Shown: piece after piece, positions 29,801-38,000 of the stretch | How the letters are laid out: each line of letters begins with the position of its first letter | Position numbering within the stretch: position 1 is the first letter of the stretch | Source of the DNA: an uncultured Ruminococcus sp. | Lineage (GTDB): Bacteria > Bacillota > Clostridia > Oscillospirales > CAG-272 | Length of the DNA: 64,000 nucleotides | Direction of reading: 5' to 3' | Assembly (NCBI GenBank): GCA_964483225.1 | Contig: CAZABU010000001.1 | Span: 26,049-90,048, forward strand | Position numbers and translations under genes: made by a program | Notes under the pieces: generated by a model | What the model saw: only the letters and a program-made list of their open reading frames with translations | Database searches by the model: none | Told to the model about the DNA's origin: nothing

Positions 29801-32019
29801 TAAAGGTTGGCGAGCCATACGTAGACGTCCTGACCGAACAAGGTGTCGGTCATGGTGTTCAGCGCCGATGCCGCCTCGGCACCGATAACCAGGGTTGCTA
29901 TATCGTATCTGGCTTCAAAATTGGACTGGTCGTTTGGAATACCAAAGAGCTTGGCGGGGTTCTTGGCTGCCTCCTCCTCTGCACTTATATAGGTGCTGTA
30001 GCACTGCACGTCATCTATATACATAGACACCTTCTCGGCTTTAAGAGTATAGAAGGCGGCGGAGTTGTAGCTCTTGGGAAGGGCGCCGGTGGTGGCGTTG
30101 TAGCTCCAGACGTTGGCGCTGCGGGCTATACACTCTCCATTGATATAAACATAGGCGCGAGCATCGTTGGAATCAACGTTTCCGTCGGAATCGAGAGTGA
30201 TTCCGTTGCCGGCGGTGTACTCAACTCGCAGGTGGAACCATTCGTTGAAGCTGACAGCCGCACCGAGGAAATTACGTCCTTCGTTTACGTTGTAATCGTA
30301 GATGCAGATCTTATCGTCCAGCACGCGGAGCTCAATTTGGTAAAGGTGTCCGTCATCGCCGGACAGACGTATCTGGGAGATAACCGTATCACTGGCAGTG
30401 GGCTCGATGTAAACGTAGGAATCGAGTACGGACCAGGTGTTACCGGATTCGGTGCTTTCTGTAAACTTGAAATGAACGGTATTACCGTAGGAGGTGTTCG
30501 TCTTGTGGGATTTTATTACCTTGTTTGTGGGGTCGGTAGGGTCGGCGGTGATTATGGCGTGAGTTTCATCCACAGGAGCCGAGGAGGATTGATATACGGT
30601 GTAGCCTCCGGTGGTAACCGCGTTCTCCGAACGGATATACGCGCCGTCGATCTCGGTATCCTCAAAATGCGCGCCGACGCCGTTATAATATACCGCCTCA
30701 TAGACGACGATTTCGGCAGTCTCGGAGGTAACGGTGACGGTGAAGGACTGCTCAAGAGAGGTAGCGCCTCCGTCCTTCTGCCAGTAGCGGAAGGTCTTAC
30801 CCTCGGGAACGGTAGCCGTTACGGTGTAGCTCTCGCCGTAATAATATTCTCCGCTTCCCTCGCCGCCGGAAACGGTAACGGTGGTGGGCTCGTAGTAGAC
30901 AGCTTCGTAATAGACGGTGCCGCCGAGGGAGGTGGTGACGGTCGCTGTGACGGAGGTCTGTCCGTCATACATTCTCTCATCGTTCACAAGCCAGTATGCA
31001 AAGTGCTCGGTGCTGCTTGCGGTAACGGTGTAGCTCTCGCCATTACGGTAGCTTCCGTCGCCCATTCCACCGGAAACGGTAACGGTGGTGGGAATATCGT
31101 ATACTGCGGTGTAGCTTTCCGAGCCGCGGAAGTTTTCGTCAATAGTTACGGTAAGGGTGTTCGTGCTCTCGGCAACCACGCTGCCTTGAGAATCCGTCCA
31201 GTAAAGGACATCGTAGCCCTCAACGGGGGGCTTTGCGGTGAGGGTAAAGCTGTCACCGAGGGTGTAAAGACCCCTGGGCATTCCGTCCTCGAGCACTCCG
31301 CCCGTGACCTTGATCTGTACGTAGTCACCGTCTGCAAGCTTGTCGGTCTTATAGCCGAGGATGATCTGGGCCGCCGTACCGTAAGAAAGGATGCTGTCAT
31401 AGAGCTTGCGCTGGGCGGCTTCCTTTGCGAGGCTCGCCTCGTCGGTAGCGGTGGAGGCTTCCAGGGCGGCGTATCTGTCGTAAACGTACTGAAGCACGCT
31501 GTACTTGGAAACGTTACTGTAATATATCGTGCCGTCCTTGGCTTCTATGTATACTCTGGCATAGAGCGGGTCGGCGATGTTCTTTGCGGGGATACCGTCA
31601 GAGAGGAATACCACGGTATTGCTGCAGCTTTCCGGTGGTGTAATATCCGAGGGAGCGGTCATATATATGGCACTCTCAGCGTTTGCGAGGGTATAATCGC
31701 TCTGACTGCCGTTCCAGACCAGCATTCTTGCGTTTGCGATATCGAGCTCGGCGTCCTCGCCAAGGAAATCGTCACTGTACTGAACGGCGTAGGCGATATG
31801 CATATAATCGCCGTACTCTACGTTGTAGAGCACAATATTAAGATATGGGTTGCCGTCCTCGTTGAGGTCGTAATCAACGCCCTTGCCCGTGGCGGAGGAG
31901 CTGCCACCGAGGATCGAGAAGCATAGCAGGGCCGCGGATAGTGTCAAAACGACCGAAAGCAATGCCGCAAAGAGTCTTGAGCGGCTGTTTTGAGGTTTTG
32001 CAACGAGAGTAGATTCCAT
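26824..32019 (-). CDS. Giant secreted/anchored protein: N-terminal signal-anchor, InlB-B-repeat-like Ig modules, beta-sandwich modules, and the shared alpha/alpha-toroid-like domain, 1731 aa
   Basis: N-terminal hydrophobic anchor (LFAALLSVVLTLSAALLCFSILGG). Tandem TTVTVSGG(M/E)G(D/S)G(S/E)Y..GESYTVTA...YW repeats resemble divergent InlB B-repeats. The shared domain spans about 28250..29880 (DVYVWLANLYDSATGAFYYS, LPDIESTSQ, YYYHPQWG, SRKGRDL, NGLWE, SGLLKIS, IYNPPNAIKNLL, DGGFGY). Several modules end in IDD/IDN motifs. Confidence 0.65.
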   Translation of the reverse strand: MESTLVAKPQNSRSRLFAALLSVVLTLSAALLCFSILGGSSSATGKGVDYDLNEDGNPYLNIVLYNVEYGDYMHIAYAVQYSDDFLGEDAELDIANARMLVWNGSQSDYTLANAESAIYMTAPSDITPPESCSNTVVFLSDGIPAKNIADPLYARVYIEAKDGTIYYSNVSKYSVLQYVYDRYAALEASTATDEASLAKEAAQRKLYDSILSYGTAAQIILGYKTDKLADGDYVQIKVTGGVLEDGMPRGLYTLGDSFTLTAKPPVEGYDVLYWTDSQGSVVAESTNTLTVTIDENFRGSESYTAVYDIPTTVTVSGGMGDGSYRNGESYTVTASSTEHFAYWLVNDERMYDGQTSVTATVTTSLGGTVYYEAVYYEPTTVTVSGGEGSGEYYYGESYTVTATVPEGKTFRYWQKDGGATSLEQSFTVTVTSETAEIVVYEAVYYNGVGAHFEDTEIDGAYIRSENAVTTGGYTVYQSSSAPVDETHAIITADPTDPTNKVIKSHKTNTSYGNTVHFKFTESTESGNTWSVLDSYVYIEPTASDTVISQIRLSGDDGHLYQIELRVLDDKICIYDYNVNEGRNFLGAAVSFNEWFHLRVEYTAGNGITLDSDGNVDSNDARAYVYINGECIARSANVWSYNATTGALPKSYNSAAFYTLKAEKVSMYIDDVQCYSTYISAEEEAAKNPAKLFGIPNDQSNFEARYDIATLVIGAEAASALNTMTDTLFGQDVYVWLANLYDSATGAFYYSNSARDNYGYLPDIESTSQAMTILTRLGLTKVTSCSDIFTEGQRAALGSWIQLCQSGRDGYYYHPQWGTDIGDSRKGRDLGNFTTQLNRHALGEELFDGANYRLSGYSSSYSSLAGSTVTQTYAVAQSAMVMSLSSDTESAVSYAVAAISEDTTEEEVKAETSNTHLLSEAALREYLDAKWISLKYNSYSFGNYITSQNAQVKAAGLSYVVIDWFNALQESVQTELENRALDEYYATVYGVDKTALDEATAYRDARADGTVAGMDAADDAITSARDEFRAAVKATAGYTPLTDEQIAKLVKDAGNGLWETTTDGRTISGLLKISGIYNGLQAEFPYVDKAIASALYVLRMDIDEYKETERGITYIYNPPNAIKNLLNNIKSYGSEENSAVRNAAYDTINQKALEIIEKTAEKLAIYKKADGGFGYNDDTGAGTSQGEPAALADAIESDVNGTALALGTRSALISIFSLSDIAILPYHDTAVTVEEGGELLTFTSHRAYFMHLLETAKHDKALKTVGSYDFENVNTLDEVESRYGITTTGDENVSSVATVAKDGNASNKALLFSVENTNDNVGAHVYFSSTATASNVNYYSIEFDMYDNGSSTSGGYEIFVKGDGSDSLKLLCYKNADGIYFRNQYRYDQSGASVTQATTTLTTASGSTKYFSAKSWMHVCVKYYPDATDSAGNAAPYGVLEVTQSGTTYSLTFTETWGAASTRKVFDTFDLFASKLKYGDVYIDNVEVVNYTDGGAGLGYYHFDDITDMDQLPQLQLYGNTVASTASHVAGRVDKYLSLSAAEGGSISAKLAGYKEAGYYNFNEIQLDLRFDEFEAGDYGTIAVGDSDGLTVVTVGYEIIEVDVEGTTYKSVRFFEASSGTTLLAGQYDASLENGNATVNALDYIIDPSDWIRLRFEYHYDMSTPTLYLTARYTDGEGLSDAKAAILEALPIVASDDGSTAVASKMASARITTTAGSISVDNFYVRNVYDER

Positions 32020-32078
32020 AATCGATATCCTTTCTTCTTCGTCGGGTAAAAATCAAGCAAAATTATCCATTTTAATAT

Positions 32079-32107
32079 ATTTTAGCACCGAAAAGAGATT
32101 TTTACAA
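32079..32107 (-). promoter_or_regulatory. Sigma-70-type promoter for the 1731-aa gene (TTGTAA-17-TGcTAAAAT)
   Basis: On the minus strand, TTGTAA is at 32107..32102, the spacer is 17 nt, and TAAAAT is at 32084..32079, preceded by TGc. GAAAGGA SD precedes the ATG at 32019. Confidence 0.5.
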
Positions 32108-32203
32108 GAGTTTTTTCGAAAAATCAAGTGAATTTGATGAAAACTATGGAAATTTGTCCGCGTAAGTGTTAAAATAGAAGCAAGAAACAAGCAGGAGGTA
32201 TTT

Positions 32204-32731
32204 ATGAATTTTAAGGAGATAGCAGACAACAGACAGTCTACACGTGCCTATGACGCCGCCAGGGCGGTGGAGAGAGATAAGCTTTTGGCGATCCTGGAGT
32301 CAGGGCGACTCGCCCCCTCGGCCTGTAACGGTCAGCCCTATCACTTCACGGTGTGTGAGGGTGAGAGTGCGAGAGCGGTGGCGGAGTGTGTGACAGGCCT
32401 GGGAATGAACAGGTTTGCTCACGATGCGCCGGTGCTCATCGTCATATCCGAGGAGCCCTACGTTGCCAGTGCTGCCTTTGGTGCGCGAGTAAAGAAAAAC
32501 GACTATCGCTCCATAGATATCGGAATCGCTGCGGCATACCTTACTGCGGAATGCGCGGCGCAAGGACTCGGCAGCTGTATTCTCGGCTGGTTCGACAACG
32601 AGAAGATCAAGAAGGCCGTCGGAATAGAGGGCGACGTGCGCCTGGTGATAACCGTCGGATACCCGAAAGACGGCGATGCTGTTAGGGAGAAAAAACGCAA
32701 GGCAATTGATGAAATTGTGACGTTTAAGTAA
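32204..32731 (+). CDS. Nitroreductase-family protein, 175 aa
   Basis: RQSTRAY motif near the N-terminus, and the size and pattern of FMN nitroreductases. AGGAGG SD. Confidence 0.75.
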   Translation: MNFKEIADNRQSTRAYDAARAVERDKLLAILESGRLAPSACNGQPYHFTVCEGESARAVAECVTGLGMNRFAHDAPVLIVISEEPYVASAAFGARVKKNDYRSIDIGIAAAYLTAECAAQGLGSCILGWFDNEKIKKAVGIEGDVRLVITVGYPKDGDAVREKKRKAIDEIVTFK

Positions 32732-32744
32732 ATAATTATTTGCA

Positions 32745-32772
32745 AAAAGCACCGATTTTCATCGGTGCTTTT
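32745..32772. terminator. Bidirectional Rho-independent terminator between the convergent nitroreductase and XRE genes
   Basis: A perfect 12-bp stem (AAAAGCACCGAT / ATCGGTGCTTTT) with a TTTC loop. The A/T tracts provide a U-tail on both strands. Confidence 0.7.
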
Positions 32773-32775
32773 GTT

Positions 32776-32994
32776 TTAATAAAGTTTTCTGGGAGTGTCT
32801 ATAAGCCCTGCAAGGTAGTCAAGAGAAACGTTGTAATATCTTGCAAGTATAACGGCACGTTCAAGAGGCATAGAGCGTTTGCCGTTTTCGTATTGTGCGT
32901 AGTAGGACTGACTGGTTCCGACAACCTCGGCGATTTCCGCCTGGCTTTTGTCCGCGTCCTCCCTCAAATCTCTAAGTCTGTGATAAAGCATCAT
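32776..32994 (-). CDS. XRE-family helix-turn-helix transcriptional regulator, 72 aa
   Basis: Typical Cro/CI-type HTH: LRDLREDADKSQAEIAEVVGTSQSYYAQYENGKRSMPLERAVILARYY. It has its own extended -10 (TGaTATAAT at 33047..33042 on the minus strand) and an AAGGGGG SD. It lies immediately downstream of the big operon's terminator. Confidence 0.8.
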   Translation of the reverse strand: MMLYHRLRDLREDADKSQAEIAEVVGTSQSYYAQYENGKRSMPLERAVILARYYNVSLDYLAGLIDTPRKLY

Positions 32995-33077
32995 AGCTCA
33001 TTAGCCCCCTTTCTTTGTGCTTATCATTATTTTTTGTAAAAATTATATCACTTTTGAACTGAAAACTTCGTGCCTAA

Positions 33078-33109
33078 AGAAAAGACCAAGTCTATGCTTG
33101 GTCTTTTCT
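33078..33109 (-). terminator. Rho-independent terminator closing the 25-kb operon
   Basis: The arms AGAAAAGACCAAG (33078..33090) and CTTGGTCTTTTCT (33097..33109) are perfect complements. On the minus strand the GACCAAG/CTTGGTC core is followed by UUUUCUUUAGG. It lies 14 nt after the AAA+ stop. Confidence 0.7.
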
Positions 33110-33122
33110 GCTGTGGTGGGCA

Positions 33123-34265
33123 TTAGCCCTTTCTGAAGTTGTCGTAGGTTTCAAGAAGCTCTGCAGATATGCTCGGGGGAATCTTCTTGAAGGCCGCCTC
33201 AAACATATCTCTTCTCAGAGGAATGGGCTTGGACTCGCCCTTCGCCTCCAGCTCCTCGAGAGCCAGACGGCAAGCCTCCTCAAGCGCACCGCAAAGGTCT
33301 GCCGCAGAATAGTATGCGGAGGGTGCGGTAACGGCGCCGAGAGCGGTCTGCTCAACGCGAGTACGCTCGGTCATATCGAGAATCTGCTCAAAGGTGAGTC
33401 CGGGCTCAAGCTCGATGCCCTTCAGCTTACCTGCGATGATTGCCGCTTTAGCATCTCTGTCGGGGGGAGTAACGTGGATCAGGTGAGAGAAACGCTTGTA
33501 ACGGAGGTATGCGGAGTCGATAAGGTCGGGACGGTTGGTCGCGCCGATCATGATACGCTTGGAGCCGTCAACACCGAAGCCGTTGATTCTCTGAAGAAGC
33601 TCGGTGGTAACCGCAGCCTTATAGTCCTTGGTATCATTGGTTCTTACGCTGAATATGGACTCACACTCGTCCACGAAGAGGATCGCTCCGTCGGGGCAGG
33701 CGTCGATCTCGTTGAATATATCACGGACTGCCTGCTCAGAGGCACCGACGTAGGACTTGAATATATCCGCGGGAGTAACAACGAACAGGGGGAGGTTCAT
33801 CTCGTGAGCGATAGCCTCTGCGAACATCGTCTTACCGGTACCGGGAGCACCGTACATCAGAAGGCCGAGACCGCCGTTGATCTTATAATACTTGAGTAGC
33901 TCGTTGTTCTTTGCCATGAATATGAAGCTCTTTGCAAGGCGCTTGATCTTGTCAAGGCCCTTGATATCCTCGAAGGTTGTATCCGGAACGTCACCCTTCA
34001 TTACCGAGCCCAGAGCCTGAGCACGGCTGGTGAAGAACTTGGCGTGAGCCTCGTATTCCTCGATTATCTTCTTGTCGGTGGTACGCTTTGCAATATCCTT
34101 TGCCATTCTCGCCGCCTCGGTGTAGAGGAGACGAAGCTCCTGGCGCAGGGTCTCGGGCATCTCGTTGAAGTCCTTCTTTCCGCCCTGCTTTGTACGGATC
34201 TCGTCGACCTTTTGCTGCAGCTTCTTTTTAAGATCGTCAAGATTTACTGCTTGATTTCCTATCAT
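33123..34265 (-). CDS. Classical-clade AAA+ ATPase with an N-terminal MIT-like three-helix region (Vps4/katanin-like architecture), 380 aa
   Basis: Evidence: Walker A GAPGTGKT (33828..33851), Walker B ILFVDE, pore-loop KSYVGASE, and second region of homology GATNRPDLIDSAYLRYKRF. The N-terminal ~95 aa form three predicted helices (LRLLYTEAARMAKDIAKRT / IIEEYEAHAKFFTSRAQAL). Confidence 0.75.
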   Translation of the reverse strand: MIGNQAVNLDDLKKKLQQKVDEIRTKQGGKKDFNEMPETLRQELRLLYTEAARMAKDIAKRTTDKKIIEEYEAHAKFFTSRAQALGSVMKGDVPDTTFEDIKGLDKIKRLAKSFIFMAKNNELLKYYKINGGLGLLMYGAPGTGKTMFAEAIAHEMNLPLFVVTPADIFKSYVGASEQAVRDIFNEIDACPDGAILFVDECESIFSVRTNDTKDYKAAVTTELLQRINGFGVDGSKRIMIGATNRPDLIDSAYLRYKRFSHLIHVTPPDRDAKAAIIAGKLKGIELEPGLTFEQILDMTERTRVEQTALGAVTAPSAYYSAADLCGALEEACRLALEELEAKGESKPIPLRRDMFEAAFKKIPPSISAELLETYDNFRKG

Positions 34266-34292
34266 TTTCTTATCTCCTTTAAGAGTCTTGGA

Positions 34293-35009
34293 TTAAATAC
34301 CGGAAAGATCGAGGCCGCCGGAGGAGCTGCCGCCGGAGGGAGCCGCGCCGCTCGAGCTGCTTCTGGGCGCCGCGGGAGCAGGGCTCTCACCCTTTGCCGC
34401 TCTGCGTTCCTCGAGGAACTTCTGAGCGTCGGTATACTGTGCTGCGCCGGAGGAGTATTCGTCGCCCTTCTTCTTCGCGTTCTTCTTCGCGCTGGCCTTG
34501 TTCATCTTGGTGGTCATCTTTCTGAGCTGGCCGGAAACGCCCTGGAGCGCGGAAACCATCTGGGTTGCCATCTGATACTTGGTGAGAATACTTCTCGCCA
34601 TAGAATTAACGCGGTTTACGTTGTTACGGATAATTGCCTTAGTTCTGAAATAGGTGGTGATACGGGTCCAGAGGTTATGCTTAACCTCCATGGTGTTCTG
34701 CATGATGTTGTCCTGGAGCTGCATGGACTCGTCAATGAAGGTGGTCGCGTCGCCGATAAGCTCCATAACCATATTCATAGATTCCATCATATCCATAACC
34801 TCTTTCATCTTTATGGATACGTCGAGGAACATCGTGAGAATGTCGACCATGAAATAATCCTGGCCGTGCTTTGCGATGGTGACGTCGATCTTGTCGGCAA
34901 GGTCGGCGAGCTTCTGGTCGAAGGCCTGCATCTTGCGCTCTCTTTCCTTCTGCTGCATACCGGCTTCGATGTTGCTTACCAAGTCGTTTTTGGTGTTATA
35001 ACCTACCAT
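34293..35009 (-). CDS. All-helical 238-aa protein; candidate ESCRT-III/Snf7/PspA-superfamily subunit (hypothesis)
   Basis: A helical core of about 170 aa, rich in Met, Lys and Gln (MKEVMDMMESMNMVMELIGDATTFIDESMQLQDNIMQNTM; RTKAIIRNNVNRVNSMARSILTKYQMATQMVSALQGVSGQLRKMTTKMN). It is followed by a basic patch, a short helix, a Ser/Gly/Pro/Ala linker and a terminal GGLDLSGI. It sits directly upstream of the MIT-like AAA+ gene. The coding call is solid; the family assignment comes from pattern recognition only. Confidence 0.45.
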   Translation of the reverse strand: MVGYNTKNDLVSNIEAGMQQKERERKMQAFDQKLADLADKIDVTIAKHGQDYFMVDILTMFLDVSIKMKEVMDMMESMNMVMELIGDATTFIDESMQLQDNIMQNTMEVKHNLWTRITTYFRTKAIIRNNVNRVNSMARSILTKYQMATQMVSALQGVSGQLRKMTTKMNKASAKKNAKKKGDEYSSGAAQYTDAQKFLEERRAAKGESPAPAAPRSSSSGAAPSGGSSSGGLDLSGI

Positions 35010-35074
35010 AATAATGGTTCTCCTATGTATTATTAATTATTTTTGTAAACTTTGCTTGTCGAAAATGCCATTTA

Positions 35075-38000
35075 TCAGCGGATCAAGGGAGTATTTACAT
35101 ACTTGCCGATCGCCTCGATAAGCGACTTTTTCTCGTTCTGGGCGTTGTCGATCCAGTCGTGGATATAGACTCTGTGCATGTTCCAGCCGCGGGACTTCAG
35201 AATGTTGTAGTAACGGACATTGGAATCTATGAAGGTTTCCGCAGAATGAGGAGTCTCGCAGAAGATGCCGAGTCTTGCCTCGCTTCCGTCGGGAGAAAGC
35301 ACCGCGATCGGGATCTTTACCGAGCCCTCGGTAGCTCCGCAGTTCACAACTATACGGTCCTCCTCGATACCGACCTCGTCGGTAAGGAAGCGTACCACAG
35401 ACTTGATGAATCCGGTCGCCTCGCCGGAGGAGATGAACTGCATACGGCCGTCCTTCGAGAATCTTTCGCTTATCTCCAGATAGTCACGCACGGTTTCGTT
35501 GGTGGTATCCATGGGGAGAAGAGAGTGTATCATCGTCACGGACGCTCTTGCACGGGTGACAGCCACGTTGAATACGCAGCCGCCGATGGACTTGCGGCTG
35601 AGGTCACCGAAGTTGCTGCCGCCGGCATAGGTAAGCGAGAGGATAAGGTGATCGATCTCCTGACCCTGAACGGTCTCAACGGTCTTGAAGAAGATAAGCT
35701 TCTCGGGCAGGTCCTCGAAGTTGGAGATCGCGGTGTCGATCATACCCTTGAGCTCGGGATCGCCCTTGACGTACTTCTTGATAAGCTCTACCTGTGCTTC
35801 ACCGAAGGCAACCACGCCCACGGACTCGGAAAGCACGCCTGTGTCCTTGTTATAGTAACGGTCGAAGTGATCGTAGAGCTCGGTAATAACGGCTCTCGCC
35901 TCTCTGTCGTTCTTACCGCCGGCACTCTCCGCGTTAGGAACGTAGATGTCCTTGAAGCCGAGGCCGGGAGCCTTCGGAACAGCGGAGGGGAAGGTACGCA
36001 TGAAGGGATAGAAGCGCTCCTGAGAGAAGGCGATCAGTGACTCGGTCTTACTACGGAAGTGGCACTGAAGCTTTTCAACGTCGAAGTGGTTGGACTGAGT
36101 CGCAAGGCTGAGCAGGGAGGTCTCGGGAGGCAGAAGTATCTGCTCGTCGCCTGCCGCAGAAACTGCGTGCTCGGTTCTTGCGGTGAAGTGGCTGATGGGG
36201 GGCATCTGATATTCGTCGCCGACGAAGACACACTGTCTGGTTCTGAAGAGAATAGGCAGTATGGTTGTGGGCTCAAGCTGGCTGGCCTCGTCGACAATAA
36301 CTACGTCGAAGTCCGAGAAGGCGGCGTTTCCAAAGAGCACGCTCACAGTAGAGGGAGAGAGCAGGAAGCACTTCTTGAGCTTGAGGATCGCGGTGGCGTA
36401 AAGCTTGAATATCTTACGAAGGTTGTTGACCGTATCGTTCTCCGCGTTGAGGAAGGCGAAATCGCCGTCGGCGGGGTCTATGCGTCTGACGCAGGCATCT
36501 CTGATCTGTTTAACGTTCAGATCGCAAAGGCGGGAGTCGCCGTCTGCATACTGTACCATCGCATCGCTGACGGTCTTGCCGCGTCCGTTACGGAGAGGCA
36601 TAACCGCGAGGGTAGCGCGAATGGCCAGATCGAAGATAGAGTGCTCGAAGATCTCCTCAAAGGTGTATCCGTCGGTCTGTCTTTCGGAGTACTCGAAGGG
36701 ACGGAAGAAGCGGGTGATGGGATGATCGCCGTCTGCGCCTCTGATCTCGAGATACTTCTCGGCTGCGGCGAGCACGTTCCTGTTGATACCCTCGGCCTCG
36801 AAGATGTCAAGGTCGGAGAAGATGATGTTATCCTGAAGATCGGAATAGTAGTTGGGGAAGATGTTTTTGCCAAAGGCTCTGAAGCCTGCGAGCAGTGCCT
36901 CGATCTTCTCTTTGGCCGCGGCGCCCCTTCTGCAAATGTCGGGAATAAGAACGGCGAGCTCGTCGATGGGGCGGAACTTCATAGAGCCGTGAGTGAGGAA
37001 GTCCTTGACAGCTATGATGCGCTCGGCGGTACCGACAAGGCGCTCGTATTCGTCCTTGTTGTGGGAAACACCCGTGGTCTGAATACCGGGAAGAGTATCG
37101 TCCGCAGCCTCATAGAAGGCAATAGCCGCACGCAGCGCGCTGAACTTCTCAGCCAGAGCAAAGGCCTCCTCCATCATACCGAGAGTGGTTTTCGGAGTGG
37201 CGGTGGTCTTCTTGGAAACCGCCATTATGGATTCGTATTCGCAGCCTACGGCTTTCATATAAGCGTAAGCGGAGGTGGAGGTACCGAGAGCTGCGGTCTT
37301 GTGGATAAGCAGGGCAATAGCGTTCAGCTGGCGCTCGGTAAGCGAGGTGCGGAATATTCTGCAAAGCTCGTCGCTCTTGGCGCGAAGTCTTTCGTCACAT
37401 TCAACAGCCTCGTGTCTTTCGGAGGCACCCTCTACGATCTCGGCAAAGCCGGGGTTAGAGAGATAGCTGAAGGTGCAAAGGTTGGCGTAGGCCTTCTTTG
37501 CAAGGAAGTCGATAAGCTTGGGGGCGGTGGCGCCGGTGCCAACGTAGGAATCGAGGGCAGAATAGGCCTTATCGATCTTAGCAAGATCCTCGTCGGTAAG
37601 GCCGTCGCGGAAGACCCTTCGCATATTTTCGGTATGCTGAAGCTTCTCGGCATAGATGGCATCCATGTCGGCGATGATCGTACGAGCGGATTTTTCTCCG
37701 TCGGCAGAGAGGCCTGAAAGAGCCTCACGCTCCAGATAAAGAGTTTCAAGCTCGGCGAGGGTGATGCTCTTATCAAGCACCAGGGCACGCAGGGCTGCGG
37801 TATCGGTTATAACGTCTGCCGCGGGAAGGAGAGATACCTTCTCGAAGATATCGAGAGAGGTGCCAACAAGCTTGGCGGCGCACTCTCTGACGCGAGAGAT
37901 CTTAACGTCGCTCTTTTCCGCGATGGTATATACGTCATCGGAGGTAGCTCCGGAAGAAATGAGCTTGGATATATGGGACAGTCTGAAGGCCTCTACGGGG